Notes under the pieces: generated by a model | Told to the model about the DNA's origin: nothing | Databases searched by the model: none | The model's input: only the letters and a program-made list of their open reading frames with translations | Position numbers and translations under genes: made by a program | Source of the DNA: an uncultured delta proteobacterium | Lineage (GTDB): Bacteria > Desulfobacterota > Binatia > UBA9968 | Assembly: GCA_963847445.1 (NCBI GenBank) | Contig: CAWJZV010000046.1 | Span: 32,001 to 96,000 of the forward strand | Length of the DNA: 64,000 bases | Reading direction: 5' to 3' | In this document: one piece after another, positions 34,379 to 45,112 of the stretch | Layout of the letters: each line of letters opens with the position of its first letter | Numbering within the stretch: position 1 is the first letter of the stretch

Positions 34379-34836
34379 CTAAAGAGAATCTGCTAGATGA
34401 GGGCGTTTTTCTCCGGGCGATTCAGTTCCCAAAATCTTTTTCCCACCCGACGGAAATTTTGCTTCATCCGCAAACAGCGCCACGGCCTGTAAGGTTTCTC
34501 TAATGGTCTGTCGCTTCGCTGGAAGAACGACAAAAGCCGTAGCCTTTTCTTTCACGGCTCTAACGAGGGTCGGCTTCGCGATGAGGGAAATGACTGCGAC
34601 GACAGGCACTGTCCCGGCCATTGCCAGGCATTCATCCAATATGACACGTCTCTTTAGGGTAGCGTAGGAAAAATAATGATGACGTGCGGCTTGTATAACG
34701 GAAATACGCCCCTGGCGCGGTGAGGCGATTCGAGGGCCGCAACCTCATAACCTTCGCCTCTCAACATCGCGAAAAGCTCAATGTCTGGCTGTTCACCAAT
34801 CAATAAGACTCTTTTTTTCTCCCGTGGCATTGTCAT
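34379..34836 (-). CDS. Atypical (pseudo-)receiver domain protein (frameshifted)
   Basis: RVLLI, LRGEGYEV, PHVIII, VPVVAVIS receiver-like pattern without the phospho-Asp or KP. Confidence 0.5.
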
Positions 34837-34965
34837 CTTCTTTGCTCCCTCCGTCGGTTTAAGAGCTGTGCCGTGTTTTTTCGGATAGTCGGGTGAGTGA
34901 TCAGCCGTTCCAACGGCCAGAAAACCTTCCACTTGTTTTTCTCGTACGACCAGAGCTGTTGACAG

Positions 34966-35319
34966 TTATGGTCGGTTGCGCTGCTCGTCCTTATCAAGGA
35001 GGTCGATTTGTTGGAGCATCGACATGGCCTCCTCGACATGGGCTTGAAAATATCGCCGCATGATATCGAGCACCTCGATTAGCAGCGGGTCGCGGACGGA
35101 ATAAAAAACCTGGTTGCCTTCCTTACGACTGCTAACGATCTGTTTTGCCCTCAAGATCGAAAAATGTTGTGAGGCGTTTGCTTGTTCGATTCCCAATCGC
35201 TCGATGATGGCTCCGGCGGGAAGTTCGCCGTTCCGAAGAACCTCAACAATCGCAATCCGAGTAGGATGTGCTAGCGCTTGAAAGATGTTGGCTTTAAATT
35301 GCCGAAGATTGTCAGGCAT
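34966..35319 (-). CDS. ArsR/SmtB family transcriptional regulator
   Basis: FKANIFQALAHPTRIAI, SQHFSILR, RKEGNQVFY. Confidence 0.92.
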   Translation of the reverse strand: MPDNLRQFKANIFQALAHPTRIAIVEVLRNGELPAGAIIERLGIEQANASQHFSILRAKQIVSSRKEGNQVFYSVRDPLLIEVLDIMRRYFQAHVEEAMSMLQQIDLLDKDEQRNRP

Positions 35320-35366
35320 ATGGCTACTTTTCAGTAGTGACGTTCTCACAGCATGTCATAATATTA

Positions 35367-35395
35367 TTATATTCGCAATATCTTATATACGAATA
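35367..35395. promoter_or_regulatory. AT-rich inverted repeat, candidate ArsR operator
   Basis: TATTCG-N14-CGAATA about 50 nt upstream of the arsR start. Confidence 0.45.
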
Positions 35396-35709
35396 CACAG
35401 AAATAGCTTCTAGACACGAGCCTGGCACGAAAATCAGCGTAACTAATTAAAAAACTTAAACTTTTGCAGAATGAAAGCTTTACTTGGCGAAATCGACCCC
35501 AAAGCCATAGGTGCCAAGGGCGGGGCAGGGTTTGCGCGCCATGGTTATAATCGTGTCGTGGTAATCTTCTTCAGTGGTAACGGTGTCTTTCATCCGCAGT
35601 TTTTTCATGAGCCGATAGGATGTTGCACTTTGGTTTATTGGCGCCATCAGATAGGCCAAGCTTTCGAGCAGGGCTTTGAGCATGTTCTCGATCACCGGCG
35701 CCTGGTCAG

Positions 35710-37319
35710 TCATCGGAGCTCGACGATGACACCTTCATCGCTGCGCAATTGGATCTCGTCGCCAAGTTGCTCCTGGCTCCGGTCGAGATGAGTTGAAAGC
35801 AGTAACACGGCCTGTGCGTCGAGAGTGCTCAGGTCGAAGTTACGCGCGTGCGGCACGAAGTTGAGGACGATCAAAAGTCGGCGATCACCGGACTTGCGCA
35901 CGTAGGCCATCACGTTATCGATGACCGGGAGCGAGGCGAATGCGCCGACGGACAAGGCTGGCTCGGCGCGGCGCAGCTCGATGAGGCGGTGATAAAGCGT
36001 GAGAATCGAGTTGGGTTGATCGCGCAACGCGCCGACGTTGATGGTTTTGCAGTCATCGGCGAGCGGCAGCCAGGGCGAGCCGGTCGTAAAGCCGGCGCAA
36101 TCGCCGCCGGTCCATTGCATCGGAGTGCGCACTGGATCGCGACCGAGGCCTAGGCCGGGAACGTTCTTTCTCGAAAGGATCGCGCACCTGATCCGGCGCA
36201 ATCGACACATCGTGCATGCCGAGTCTCATCGCCGTAGTAGATCGTCGGCGTGCCGCGCAAAGTCAGCAGCAGCATCGCCGCCACGCGCGCTTGCGCGGCG
36301 CCGACCCGGGTGGCGATGCGCGGCTTGTCGTGATTGCCGAGCACCCAGTTGGGCCAGGCATACGACGGCAGCATCGCTTCGTAGCGCTCGACCGCGGCGG
36401 CAACATCTATTGCGTTCCAGGACAAGCGAATCAGTTGAAAATTGAATGGCAGGTGCGCTCCCTTGCCGCTTGCGCCGTAGTAGGCCATCAGCCGTTCCAG
36501 CGGAAGATAGATCTCGCCGACTAACATGCGATCGTCGTATTCGTCGATCACCGCGCGCATCATGGCGACGATTTCTTGCACTTCCGGGCAGATCCGCCGT
36601 GTACGTCGTGAGCAGCTCGCGATACGGGCGACATGCCTGGGCGGAAATCCGGGTTGGGCGGATTGTCGCGGTACTAGCGTGTCTTTCGCGAGATGGTGCA
36701 TGACGTCGACGCGAAAGCCATCGACGCCGCGATTGAGCCAAAAGCGCAGCACGTCGAGCATCGCTTGCCGCACTTCGACATTGCGCCAGTTGAGATCGGG
36801 CTGCTCTTTGAGGAACGCGTGATAAAAATATTGCTCAGTTGCTTCGTCCCATGTCCAGGCCGCGCCACCGAAGTTGGAGCGCCAGTTGTTCGGCGGCCCG
36901 CCCTCCGGAGCGGCATCGCGCCAGATATACCAGTCGCGTTTCGCGCTGGAGCGCGACGATTTCGCTTCGATGAACCAGGGATGGCGATCCGAAGTATGAT
37001 TGGGAACGTAGTCGAGCAACAGCTTCATGCCGCGGGCGTGCACCTCGGCCAGCAACGCGTCGAAGTCTGCCAGCGAGCCGAAAATCGCATCGATATCGGT
37101 GTAGTCGCTGACGTCGTAGCCGAAATCGGCCATGGGCGAGGGATAGATCGGCGAAATCCAGATCGCGTCTACGCCGAGCCATTGCAGGTAGTCGAGCTTC
37201 TGGCGAATCCCGGCCAGATCGCCGATGCCGTCGCCGTTGCTGTCCATAAACGAGCGCGGATAGATTTGGTAAACGATGCCGCGCTCCCACCAGTGAAATG
37301 ACTGTTCGGTTGAGTTCAT
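35710..37319 (-). CDS. GH13 alpha-glucosidase / oligo-1,6-glucosidase family (frameshifted)
   Basis: YQIYPRSFMDSNGDG.GD, DYVPNHTS, QPDLNW, GFRVDV, VGEI, GNHD, YYGDE, RDPVRTPMQW. Confidence 0.92.
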
Positions 37320-37873
37320 TTAGGCTTGACACTCGCTGAAGTAAAAGTTGGCAATGGGTCATATGGAAGTTCTGGTCGGTTCTCTCTTTTTGACAATCCA
37401 GATGCAGAATGCGCGAAAGATCTTGTTCAGATTCCAGTATATACGGTCCGCTGCGAGAAAAAGGCGCTCTTATTTAGTTTGTCTGAATGTAGCGGTAGTC
37501 GGCAAAGGAAGACGACTCGAAGTTTGTCGACTCAGTAGCACGAGAGACGACGACATTACAACCCGATTATCGCCGGCGTGATCCCGGTGGTAAGTAGATA
37601 TCGCGCTATTGCTCGCCAGACACTTTAAGCGATCGCTCAAACCGTCGGGATTAGGGATTGGAGTCGCCAGCTCGATGGCGACGGGTACCTGCGAAAGCTC
37701 GGGGAGGGCTTTGAGCACGGCTTGCAGGACGATATTTGCCCGCCGTGCAAGCTGTCAAGGATGATTTGTTAAGAGCCATGATTTGCTGGTGCGCCAAACC
37801 TGAGGTGTGTTAAACGATAAGGGAGTCGAGCTGGACCGCGCATCTATTAAGTAAGCCAGGAGGTGATCCTGCC

Positions 37874-38930
37874 ATGAGGACGACTATCTCTATCGGTTTT
37901 GTTTTTTTTCGCCTTACGGACGGCGCCAGCTGATGTGGACGCCGCTGAAACCGCGTATTTCCAAGGCAAGACGATCACGCTTCAGGTTGGCGCCCCGGCT
38001 GGCGGCAGGCAGGATCGCATCGCGCGAACTTTGACCAAGTACCTGGCGAAGTATACGCCGGGTAATCCAACCTTTCTGATTCAAAACAAAACCGGCGGGC
38101 AGGGCATCCCGGCGATGCTGGCGCTCAGCAAGGGAGCGACGGACGGCAGTTTCCTGTCGATGGTGATTTCGTCGTATTTGGAGGCTCCTTACTTCGGCGC
38201 GCCGGGCGCTACTTACGATCCGCGCACCTTCGTGTACGTCGGCGCGCCCAGCACCGGCAAACAGCGCAACGTGCTATTTCTCCATCAGCGCGCGGGTATC
38301 AAAACTCTGGACGAGCTGCGCAAGCGCGAGGTCACGCTCGGGGCTCAGGGCGTCGGCAACCGCAGTTATCTTTACGCCCGGCTGATCGCCGATCTACTGG
38401 GCCTGAAAGTTCGCTGGGTCTTGGGCTATGACAGCTTGCAGCTCTACGTCGCCTTGGAGCAGGGCGAAATTCAGGGACGGGTGAACGACGCGGCCTCGAT
38501 GATGACCGATCGTCCGGAGTTGTTTGCCAAGCGCGAGGTGGTTGCGCTGGTGGCCATGACTCTGCCCGAAGAGTTGCCGCCGATGAAACATGCGATCTTC
38601 GATGGCGTGCCGTCGATCATGCAGTTCGCCAAGACCGACGTGCAAAGAAATATCATTCGCAAGATCAACTCCACGGACCGGTTGGGTGCCGCCATGGCCT
38701 TCCCGCCGGGAACTCCCGAGTCGATTCGCAAGATCCTGGAAGAGGCGTTGCTCAAAGTCGGCAACGACCCGGCGTTTCGCAAAGACTGGGAAGACGTGGT
38801 GCTCGAGGGCAACCCGTTTGAGCAGATGTTTAATGGCAAAGAAGTTTTCGAAGACGTGAAACAGTACACCGATTGGCGGCCGGAAATCATCAGTATGTAT
38901 AAACGGCTGGCCCATGAAGCTCCTAAGTAA
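37874..38930 (+). CDS. TctC/Bug family tripartite tricarboxylate transporter binding protein
   Basis: YFQGKTITL.VG..AGG..D..AR, PGNP, GY.....ALEQGE, PPGTP; frameshift in the signal peptide. Confidence 0.85.
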
Positions 38931-39012
38931 CCAACGATAGTACAAACGTCTGCGGCCCTGTCTGCTTTGGCGCGGGTTAAATCTGCGCTAAGCCATTTTC
39001 AGGAGAATTCAT

Positions 39013-40015
39013 GTGAAGTGCTTATTGGCTGGCTCGCTATCGTTTTCGCTCGCATTGCTTGTATGTTCATTGCGCCCGGGCCGATGCCGCGGCGCCACTG
39101 ACGAAAGTGCTCCTTACCACCGGTTCGTCGAGCGAGCGGGAAGGTGCGCTGTATGTCGCCCAGGACCTAGGTTACTTCCGTAAGTATGGTCTCGACGTTA
39201 CCCTGGTGCAGGTGCGCAACGGCCCGGTCGGCATGGCGGCGCTCAGTTCCGGCGAGTCGCTACTCCATTGGGGCTCGGTGTCGGCGGCGAATCTCGGCGC
39301 GATCGCCGAGGGCGCCGACTTAGTTTTCGTCGCCGGCTTCATCAATCGCTTGACCGGCGCCTTTGCGGCTAATCCAAAGATCAAGACGCCGGCAGAGTTG
39401 AAGGGGCGAAGCGTCGGCGTCAACAGCTTGAGCGGCGGCACTTGGATCTTTACCATGCTCGCCCTCGATCACTGGGGGCTGGTGCCGGAGCGGGACAAGA
39501 TTCAAGTCCGCGCGCTGGGCGACAATTCGGTGGTCTCGCAGGCGCTTCTCGCCGGCAATGTCGACGCTGCTTATCTGAGCTACACCTACGCCAAGATCGT
39601 CCAGAACAAGGGCTTCCGCGTGCTTGCCGATTTGGAGAAATTGCCCATCGCCTACCAGGGCACCGGTATCATCACAAGACGAAGCACCATCGCTTCCGCA
39701 TCGTCGTCTACGGCGATTGAAAACGTCATCAAAGGATTGCTCGACGGCGTCGCCTTCATTCGCAATCCGGAAAATAAGCCGCAGGTCATCAAGAGCTTGG
39801 CCAAAGGTCTGCGGCTCAAACGCATCGAAGACGCCGACGAAGGCTATCAAAACATGCTCGGCATCTACGAAAGAAAAATTTATCCCAATGCTGACGGCGT
39901 GCGCAACGTCATCCGCCTGCTCGGCGCCGGCAACGAAAAGATCCGCCGCCTCAAGGCCGAGGAATTGGTCGACGATAGCGTGGTGAAAAGGTTGGAAAAG
40001 GATGGGCGGTTCTAA
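39013..40015 (+). CDS. NMT1/THI5/SsuA-like substrate-binding protein
   Basis: GYFRKYGLDV, LKGRSVGV, GLVPERD; frameshift in the signal peptide. Confidence 0.85.
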
Positions 40016-40039
40016 ATGCAAGATTCGCAATCGGACAAT

Positions 40040-40165
40040 TAATCGCAAAGGGCGCAAAGAACGCAAAATTCGGAAAGGACAGCTCACCACGAAGGACACG
40101 AAGAGCACGAAGGAGGAGACTTAACTTCCGAACCTTCGTGTCCTTCGTGCCTTCGTGGTGAAGAC
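40040..40165. repeat. Composite palindromic repeat (CGCAAAG module plus CACCACGAAGGACACGAAG inverted repeat)
   Basis: CACCACGAAGGACACGAAGAGCACGAAGG ... CCTTCGTGTCCTTCGTGCCTTCGTGGTG between convergent genes; same left arm at ~52588. Confidence 0.8.
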
Positions 40166-40228
40166 ATCTTCACAGTAAACGCGGAAGAACCGTTATTATT
40201 GCCGCAGTGCCGCATAGCGAACTCATTA

Positions 40229-41056
40229 TCACCTCGCTTTCACAGGATCGACTTTGCGGGTTTCGCACGTGCCGGGGAACAAGCCATGGTTGGAGAGGAA
40301 CTCGATCATGAAGCGATTGAACAGCCAAGGCTGCTCGATCTGACAGGCGTGGCCGGCGCCTGGTAGGACTTTCAACTCGCAGTTGGGAACCCGGGCTTGG
40401 AGCGCGAAGGAGCTCGGATGGCTGCCGTCTTCGCTGCCGGTGAGGATGATCATCGGGCAGGCGATGCGCTCGTGATGGCCTTCGGGGTAGGGCTGGGCGA
40501 GAGCGCGAAACTGGTGAATGATCGTCTCGGCATCGGCATATTCGTTGCGCTCGCTGAACATGTTGGCGAAGAAGTGCGCCATCGGAGTTATGCGGAACGC
40601 CGCGCTCATGTCTTCAAAGGTGTAGCGCCAGCGATAACCGATGCCTTCGGCGGTATAATTATCGATGCGTTTCTTGGTGAATTCCTTCGTCGGGTTGTAG
40701 CCGGTGCCGCATAGCACGAGCGCCGCGGTTTTGTCCGGCCGCTGGTGGTACATGAATGGCGCGATCGACGAGCCCACCGAGCAGCCCGCCAGGATCGCTT
40801 TCTCGCCGGGTGCCACCTCGTCGATCGCTTCCCAGCAGGCCTGCGCCATGTCGTCCATGGTCAGCCCGGCGTCGGCCTTGGGCGAGCGGCCATATCCCGG
40901 AATATCGATGGCGATGCAGCGGTACCAAGTCGACAAATGCGCCATCTGGTAAATCCAGCAGGACTGATCCATCGGGTTGGGATGGACGAAAGCGATCACC
41001 GGTCCGGTGCGTCCCATCCGTTCGTAATAAAGCGGTCCGTGAATATGTGGGGCCAT
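40229..41056 (-). CDS. Alpha/beta hydrolase
   Basis: DIPGYGRS, GCSVG nucleophile elbow, GSED, GAGH. Confidence 0.9.
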   Translation of the reverse strand: MAPHIHGPLYYERMGRTGPVIAFVHPNPMDQSCWIYQMAHLSTWYRCIAIDIPGYGRSPKADAGLTMDDMAQACWEAIDEVAPGEKAILAGCSVGSSIAPFMYHQRPDKTAALVLCGTGYNPTKEFTKKRIDNYTAEGIGYRWRYTFEDMSAAFRITPMAHFFANMFSERNEYADAETIIHQFRALAQPYPEGHHERIACPMIILTGSEDGSHPSSFALQARVPNCELKVLPGAGHACQIEQPWLFNRFMIEFLSNHGLFPGTCETRKVDPVKAR

Positions 41057-41096
41057 AAAAGTCTCCCGTAAGTGCGCAAGAGAAATACTTGCGAGG

Positions 41097-41258
41097 AAAA
41101 TCCGAAATCCTAATATCGAAGTTCGAAACAAACTAAGAGGCAAATAAATCTCAAATTGGAAAATCCAAAACATCGAGTCCGGATTAAGCTCGCTTCGAAT
41201 TTGCCTTGTTTGGGTTATTCGAATTTGTTTCGAATTTCGATATTCGTGCTTAGAGTTT
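41097..41258. repeat. Long imperfect inverted repeat with 7-mer periodicity
   Basis: AAATCCGAAATCCTAATATCGAAGTTCGAAACAAA ... TTTGTTTCGAATTTCGATATTCGTGCTTAGAGTTT. Confidence 0.7.
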
Positions 41259-41267
41259 TCTGTTCGC

Positions 41268-42365
41268 CTAGACGTTGAATGGATTGTCCTTGCCCAACCC
41301 CTTCATCAAGTCGGGCTGGTCGCCCTTGTTCAACGACTGGGCCAGTTCGAGCAGGTAATCTTCCTGTTCGATCGCTTCGTATCGCGCCATCGAGTTGTCA
41401 GGCGCCAGCGGCTTGCCGCCGATGAAGTGAAATGAATGGCAGTCCCAGTCGTAGAATTCATCGCCGCGGCTGCAGATTTCCTTCCAGCGGATTCCCACCG
41501 GGCTGCGATGCAGACCGGTGCGCGCCGGTAGCGCTTCTTGTTCTTCGAGGCTGAGATTGAGATCGGCTTTGTAAGCTTTCTCTTCGGGAATACCCTCCCA
41601 CATGCGCCGGTAGTCGGGCAGAAACTCTTCCTGGCGAACCGTCAGCGCGGTGTGCATGTCCCACCAGGTGCCATGGCCGGAGACGCGCTCGTCGACTTTG
41701 TCCACCAACTTGTAAACCAGGCGGCCGCCGGCGCGCAGACGCAGGACCAACGTGCCTTCGGCGGTCCTGGAGTTTTGTTCCGCTTCGATGCCGCAGTATT
41801 TTGCAAAGAACGCGGCATTTTTCGCCAAGTCGCGCGCGCCGAAGACGGCGTGGCTGATGCGCCCGACACCTTCTTCCGTGGCGATGTCCATTGCGCCCTC
41901 GGGCATTTCTACCGGCGCCCAGAACTCGTATTGATTGCCGTCCGGGTCGGCAAAATAGATCACCGTGCCGTCGTCGCCATCGGCGGCGGTATGGATCGCA
42001 TCGGTGTGCGGAACTTTGTGGCGGTCGAGCCGGCGCAAGTGTTTGTCAATGTCCTCGGGCCGGATGTAAAAGCCGCAGCGCGGCAGATCCTTGCCCAGCT
42101 CCTTTGCCGGCGGATAAAACTCGGGCTGGAGAAATGCGCCGATGCGGCAGGAGCCGCCGTCCCACCAAAGGAAGCTGGTGATTTTGATATTTCGTTTGCG
42201 CGCGGCGGTGGTGAGGCCAATGATCGGCTGCCGGGTGATGCCAGTGGAGTTCACCGCCCAATCGACCCAGGCGCTCATGTTATTGGTGCCGACGACAAAG
42301 TGATCGATCCAATGGACCGCTCCGCGGGGTTCGACGCTGTTCATAGTAAATACCTCCATGTCCAA
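41268..42365 (-). CDS. Two-domain VOC (glyoxalase/extradiol dioxygenase fold) protein
   Basis: IDHFVV, IYFADPDGNQYE, ISHAV, HTAL. Confidence 0.75.
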   Translation of the reverse strand: MDMEVFTMNSVEPRGAVHWIDHFVVGTNNMSAWVDWAVNSTGITRQPIIGLTTAARKRNIKITSFLWWDGGSCRIGAFLQPEFYPPAKELGKDLPRCGFYIRPEDIDKHLRRLDRHKVPHTDAIHTAADGDDGTVIYFADPDGNQYEFWAPVEMPEGAMDIATEEGVGRISHAVFGARDLAKNAAFFAKYCGIEAEQNSRTAEGTLVLRLRAGGRLVYKLVDKVDERVSGHGTWWDMHTALTVRQEEFLPDYRRMWEGIPEEKAYKADLNLSLEEQEALPARTGLHRSPVGIRWKEICSRGDEFYDWDCHSFHFIGGKPLAPDNSMARYEAIEQEDYLLELAQSLNKGDQPDLMKGLGKDNPFNV

Positions 42366-42375
42366 GTGTTAAGTG

Positions 42376-42448
42376 GGTTCAAAACGTTCAAGCCGTTCAA
42401 GCCGTCCAAAAGGTTCCAGGGGTTCCAGTCGTTCCAATTGTTCCAGCA
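42376..42448. repeat. Degenerate 9-mer tandem repeat (GTTC[AC]A...)
   Basis: GTTCAAAAC GTTCAAGCC GTTCAAGCC GTCCAAAAG GTTCCAGGG...; similar tracts at ~51225-51262 and ~61327-61370. Confidence 0.7.
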
Positions 42449-42511
42449 CTTGTTTCCGGGGCGAGCTGTACCAACGGGGTGTGTTGGTGTCAAGCCGAAT
42501 TTCATGCTGGG

Positions 42512-43012
42512 TTACGACCTCAGTAAATGCCCAGGGCCAATCCCGCTGCTAGCGTGGCGCCGATTTCTTCGCAGCGTTGGAGATCGAACTCGCCGATCTG
42601 TTTCTTCGCCAAGATCTCGTCGGGCGTTTGCGCGTAGGTGCAGACGATTATTGGCTCGGCGATCGGCTTTCAAGCGCCAACCGGCGGCGATGCGCTGAAT
42701 CTGCCGGGCGGCGTTCTCACCGTCGCTGCCGGCGCAAATCATCGTCGCGTAGGGGCGGCCGACGATGCGGTCGAAGGCCGGGTAATAGGTGCGGTCGAAG
42801 AAGTCTTTCATGACCCCTGACATCATCGCGAGGTTCTCCGGCGTGGCGAAGATGTAGCCGTCGGCCTGGAGCAGCTCGCTTGGGCCGGCTTCGCCGGCGT
42901 GGATGAGATTCACCGCCACGTCCGGCTCGCTCTGAGCACCGCTGGCGGCGGCCTGGGCCATCTGAAAAGTGCCGCTGGTCATGGAGTGAAAGACGATGAG
43001 AAGTTTTTTCAT
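42512..43012 (-). CDS. Flavodoxin/WrbA-like flavoprotein (frameshift near 42660)
   Basis: LIVFHSMTSGT, ADGYIFATPEN, MKDFFDR, AGSDG. Confidence 0.85.
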   Translation of the reverse strand: MKKLLIVFHSMTSGTFQMAQAAASGAQSEPDVAVNLIHAGEAGPSELLQADGYIFATPENLAMMSGVMKDFFDRTYYPAFDRIVGRPYATMICAGSDGENAARQIQRIAAGWRLKADRRANNRLHLRANARRDLGEETDRRVRSPTLRRNRRHASSGIGPGHLLRS

Positions 43013-43021
43013 TGGGAGGGA

Positions 43022-43143
43022 TTTAACCACAAAGGGCACAAAGTTCACATAGGAAGAAGAGTCGGATTCGGAGTGTTGGCCGCAAAGAACGCAAATAACG
43101 CAAAAGGATTTCCGAAAAGTAGGGGCGGGTTTGAAACCCGCCC
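43022..43143. repeat. Composite repeat ending in a GTAG REP (GTAGGGGCGGGTTTGAAACCCGCCC)
   Basis: Same module order in reverse orientation at ~46840-46950. Confidence 0.75.
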
Positions 43144-43186
43144 TTTTTAATCGCCATTGTTCGTAGAAGCAAGGCGTGCTTTGCCA

Positions 43187-44114
43187 TTAGGAAAGGCTCG
43201 CGATGAGATTATCGATGAAACCTTCGTCGTCCAATTCTTTTAGCCAGTGCAGATCCCAGAGCGTCAGCGGATTTTCCACCGTCGGGCCGTATTCCTGGGC
43301 GGCGATTTCGTCGGTGTTCACGATCGCTTCGATGGTCGGGTAGGGTTTGACTTGCAAAAGCTCGGCGATGGAGTCGACCTGGCGGCGCAGTTCGCCGTGG
43401 TCGGTGAGCTGCATCAGGCGCATCGGTTCCTCGGCGATGATTTCCATGGCTTCGTCGCGCCGGTAAATCAACAGCGCGAGCGCGTGGATCACGGCTTTGA
43501 GGTAATCCTTCATCAACGCCGAGTTGTTTCTGCCGAACTCGGCAAGACACGCCTGCGCGAACAGGCTGACGATTTCCGCTTCGCTGGCGGGAAAGGTTTT
43601 GAGCCCGGCAGCGATGGCGGCGGGCAGATAAATCGGCGCCATGAAGCAGGCGGCGCATTCGCCGCTGACGACCTTGCGCCACTGCTGCCAGCGGCCGACT
43701 TCTTTGTCAGGCACGATGATCGTCTTGACCGAGTTCTCCAGTCCTACCTTGCGCAGCCACAGAGTGATGCGGTGCGGCCGGCCGAGATCGCGCACGGCCA
43801 TAGTTTTGCCTTTGAGATCGTCGAGGGAGTTAAATGACTGCGGCACGACCAACTTGCAGGCCGCGCTGAATCTGCGGCGCGCAGAATAGCGTGGTCTTTT
43901 TACCTTTGGCTGCTTCGGTGTGGAGATACTCGATATGCTCGATGATCACGTCGCAGGCATGATCGAACAACGCCGCTTCGAACTCGCGCTGCGGTTCGAT
44001 GTGAACGACTTCGACATGGACGCCGTAGTGGCGTTCGGCCAGGGCTTTGATGCAGTAAATAACCGGCGTGCGGTCGTGGTCGCGGTAGGCGAGGCGGATG
44101 GTGCGCATGGTCAT
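43187..44114 (-). CDS. NMT1/THI5-fold protein without signal peptide (frameshift near 43855)
   Basis: DLKGKT, YLKAVIH, KPYPT.EAI, WLKELDDEGFID. Confidence 0.7.
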
Positions 44115-44146
44115 TTCGTTCGACAGCCGAGCTGATTCAAAGATAC

Positions 44147-44283
44147 TATCGTCGCAAAGGCGCAAAGCGCGCAAAGTGACGGGCGATGCCCGTCATCCCG
44201 AGGGAACACGAGGGATCTGAGATAGATTTCTCCCAAGGGTCGAAATGACAAAGATTCCGAGCTCGGCATTTTTGCGGGAAATA
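44147..44283. repeat. Second copy of the composite GTCATCCCGAG palindromic repeat
   Basis: GTGACGGGCGATGCCCGTCATCCCGAG...GGGATCT...GATTTCTCCC...GTCGAAATGAC matches 3108-3247. Confidence 0.8.
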
Positions 44284-44310
44284 TTTCTTCGATGCCGTGC
44301 GCGAGTATTC

Positions 44311-45045
44311 TTAAAACGGCCCCACCGGCACGCCGGGCCATGATTTGAGCAGCTCGCCGTAGCCCGCGATGTTGTACCGTAGCCCGAGCTTGGAAAGCAC
44401 CAGCCAGAGCATCGCCGGGTTGCTGGCGACGATGGGCAGTTTCAATTCGTGTTCGAGTTTTTCGAGAATCGGTATCGGATCGAGCAGGGCGCCTTGGAAA
44501 TAGATGGCGTCGACGTTGGGGTATTCGCTCAATGCTTTTCGGGTCATGTCTTCGACGTCGCTCGACGTGAGCTTTTGCGCGTCGGTGTGGGCGCGCAGGA
44601 TTTGCGGCGGATAGAACGATTCGATTTCGAATGCCGCGAGGTAGTCGTAGTACATTTTCTTCAACCGGTCGTCCACCGGTGTCATGAGCAAGAGTTTTCG
44701 CGCGGAAAAGGTTTTGAGCGCCGCTACCGATGAGCGTAACGCCAAGGTGACTGGCACCTTCAACGCCGTTGTGACTTGCTCCCACATGCCGGGGTTGAGC
44801 GCTTCCTTGGGCGCGCCGCTGATAATCAGGCCGTGCCAGTCGTTGGTTTCAATGAGCTGGCGCGATTGCTCGATCAACGCATCGACCTTGCCCTGGGCAT
44901 CGTAGAGTGACGTATGGGTGCCGGATTCCTGCATGAAAGTGAAGTCGATGTCCGCGGGAATGAACTTCTTGAAGCTCGCGTGGTGCGGGCTCGACGGCGC
45001 GCTGGAGCCGAGGAAACCGATTTTAGTCGGTGCGGTTTGAGACAT
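44311..45045 (-). CDS. Arylmalonate decarboxylase / maleate isomerase family (Asp/Glu racemase fold) protein
   Basis: ALK.F.ARK..LMTP, DAIY, LE.EL.LP.V.SN.A.LW, GYGELL. Confidence 0.75.
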   Translation of the reverse strand: MSQTAPTKIGFLGSSAPSSPHHASFKKFIPADIDFTFMQESGTHTSLYDAQGKVDALIEQSRQLIETNDWHGLIISGAPKEALNPGMWEQVTTALKVPVTLALRSSVAALKTFSARKLLLMTPVDDRLKKMYYDYLAAFEIESFYPPQILRAHTDAQKLTSSDVEDMTRKALSEYPNVDAIYFQGALLDPIPILEKLEHELKLPIVASNPAMLWLVLSKLGLRYNIAGYGELLKSWPGVPVGPF

Positions 45046-45112
45046 GGATTCCTCCGAGGTTCAGAGCGTAAAATCTTAAGCCTCTACGGTTATATGGCGG
45101 TCAATTCGCTTC

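Noticed and set aside
35423-35438. Sigma54 promoter TGGCACGAAAATCAGC
   Set aside because: GG-GC spacing is 11, not 10, and no credible gene follows
35480-35713. 77-aa ORF overlapping the glucosidase stop
   Set aside because: The ATGA-coupled start is plausible, but the ORF looks like a truncated gene fused to unrelated DNA; no family recognised
41538-42698. 386-aa antisense ORF (and similar long shadow ORFs)
   Set aside because: Opposite-strand shadow of GC-rich genes; no motifs
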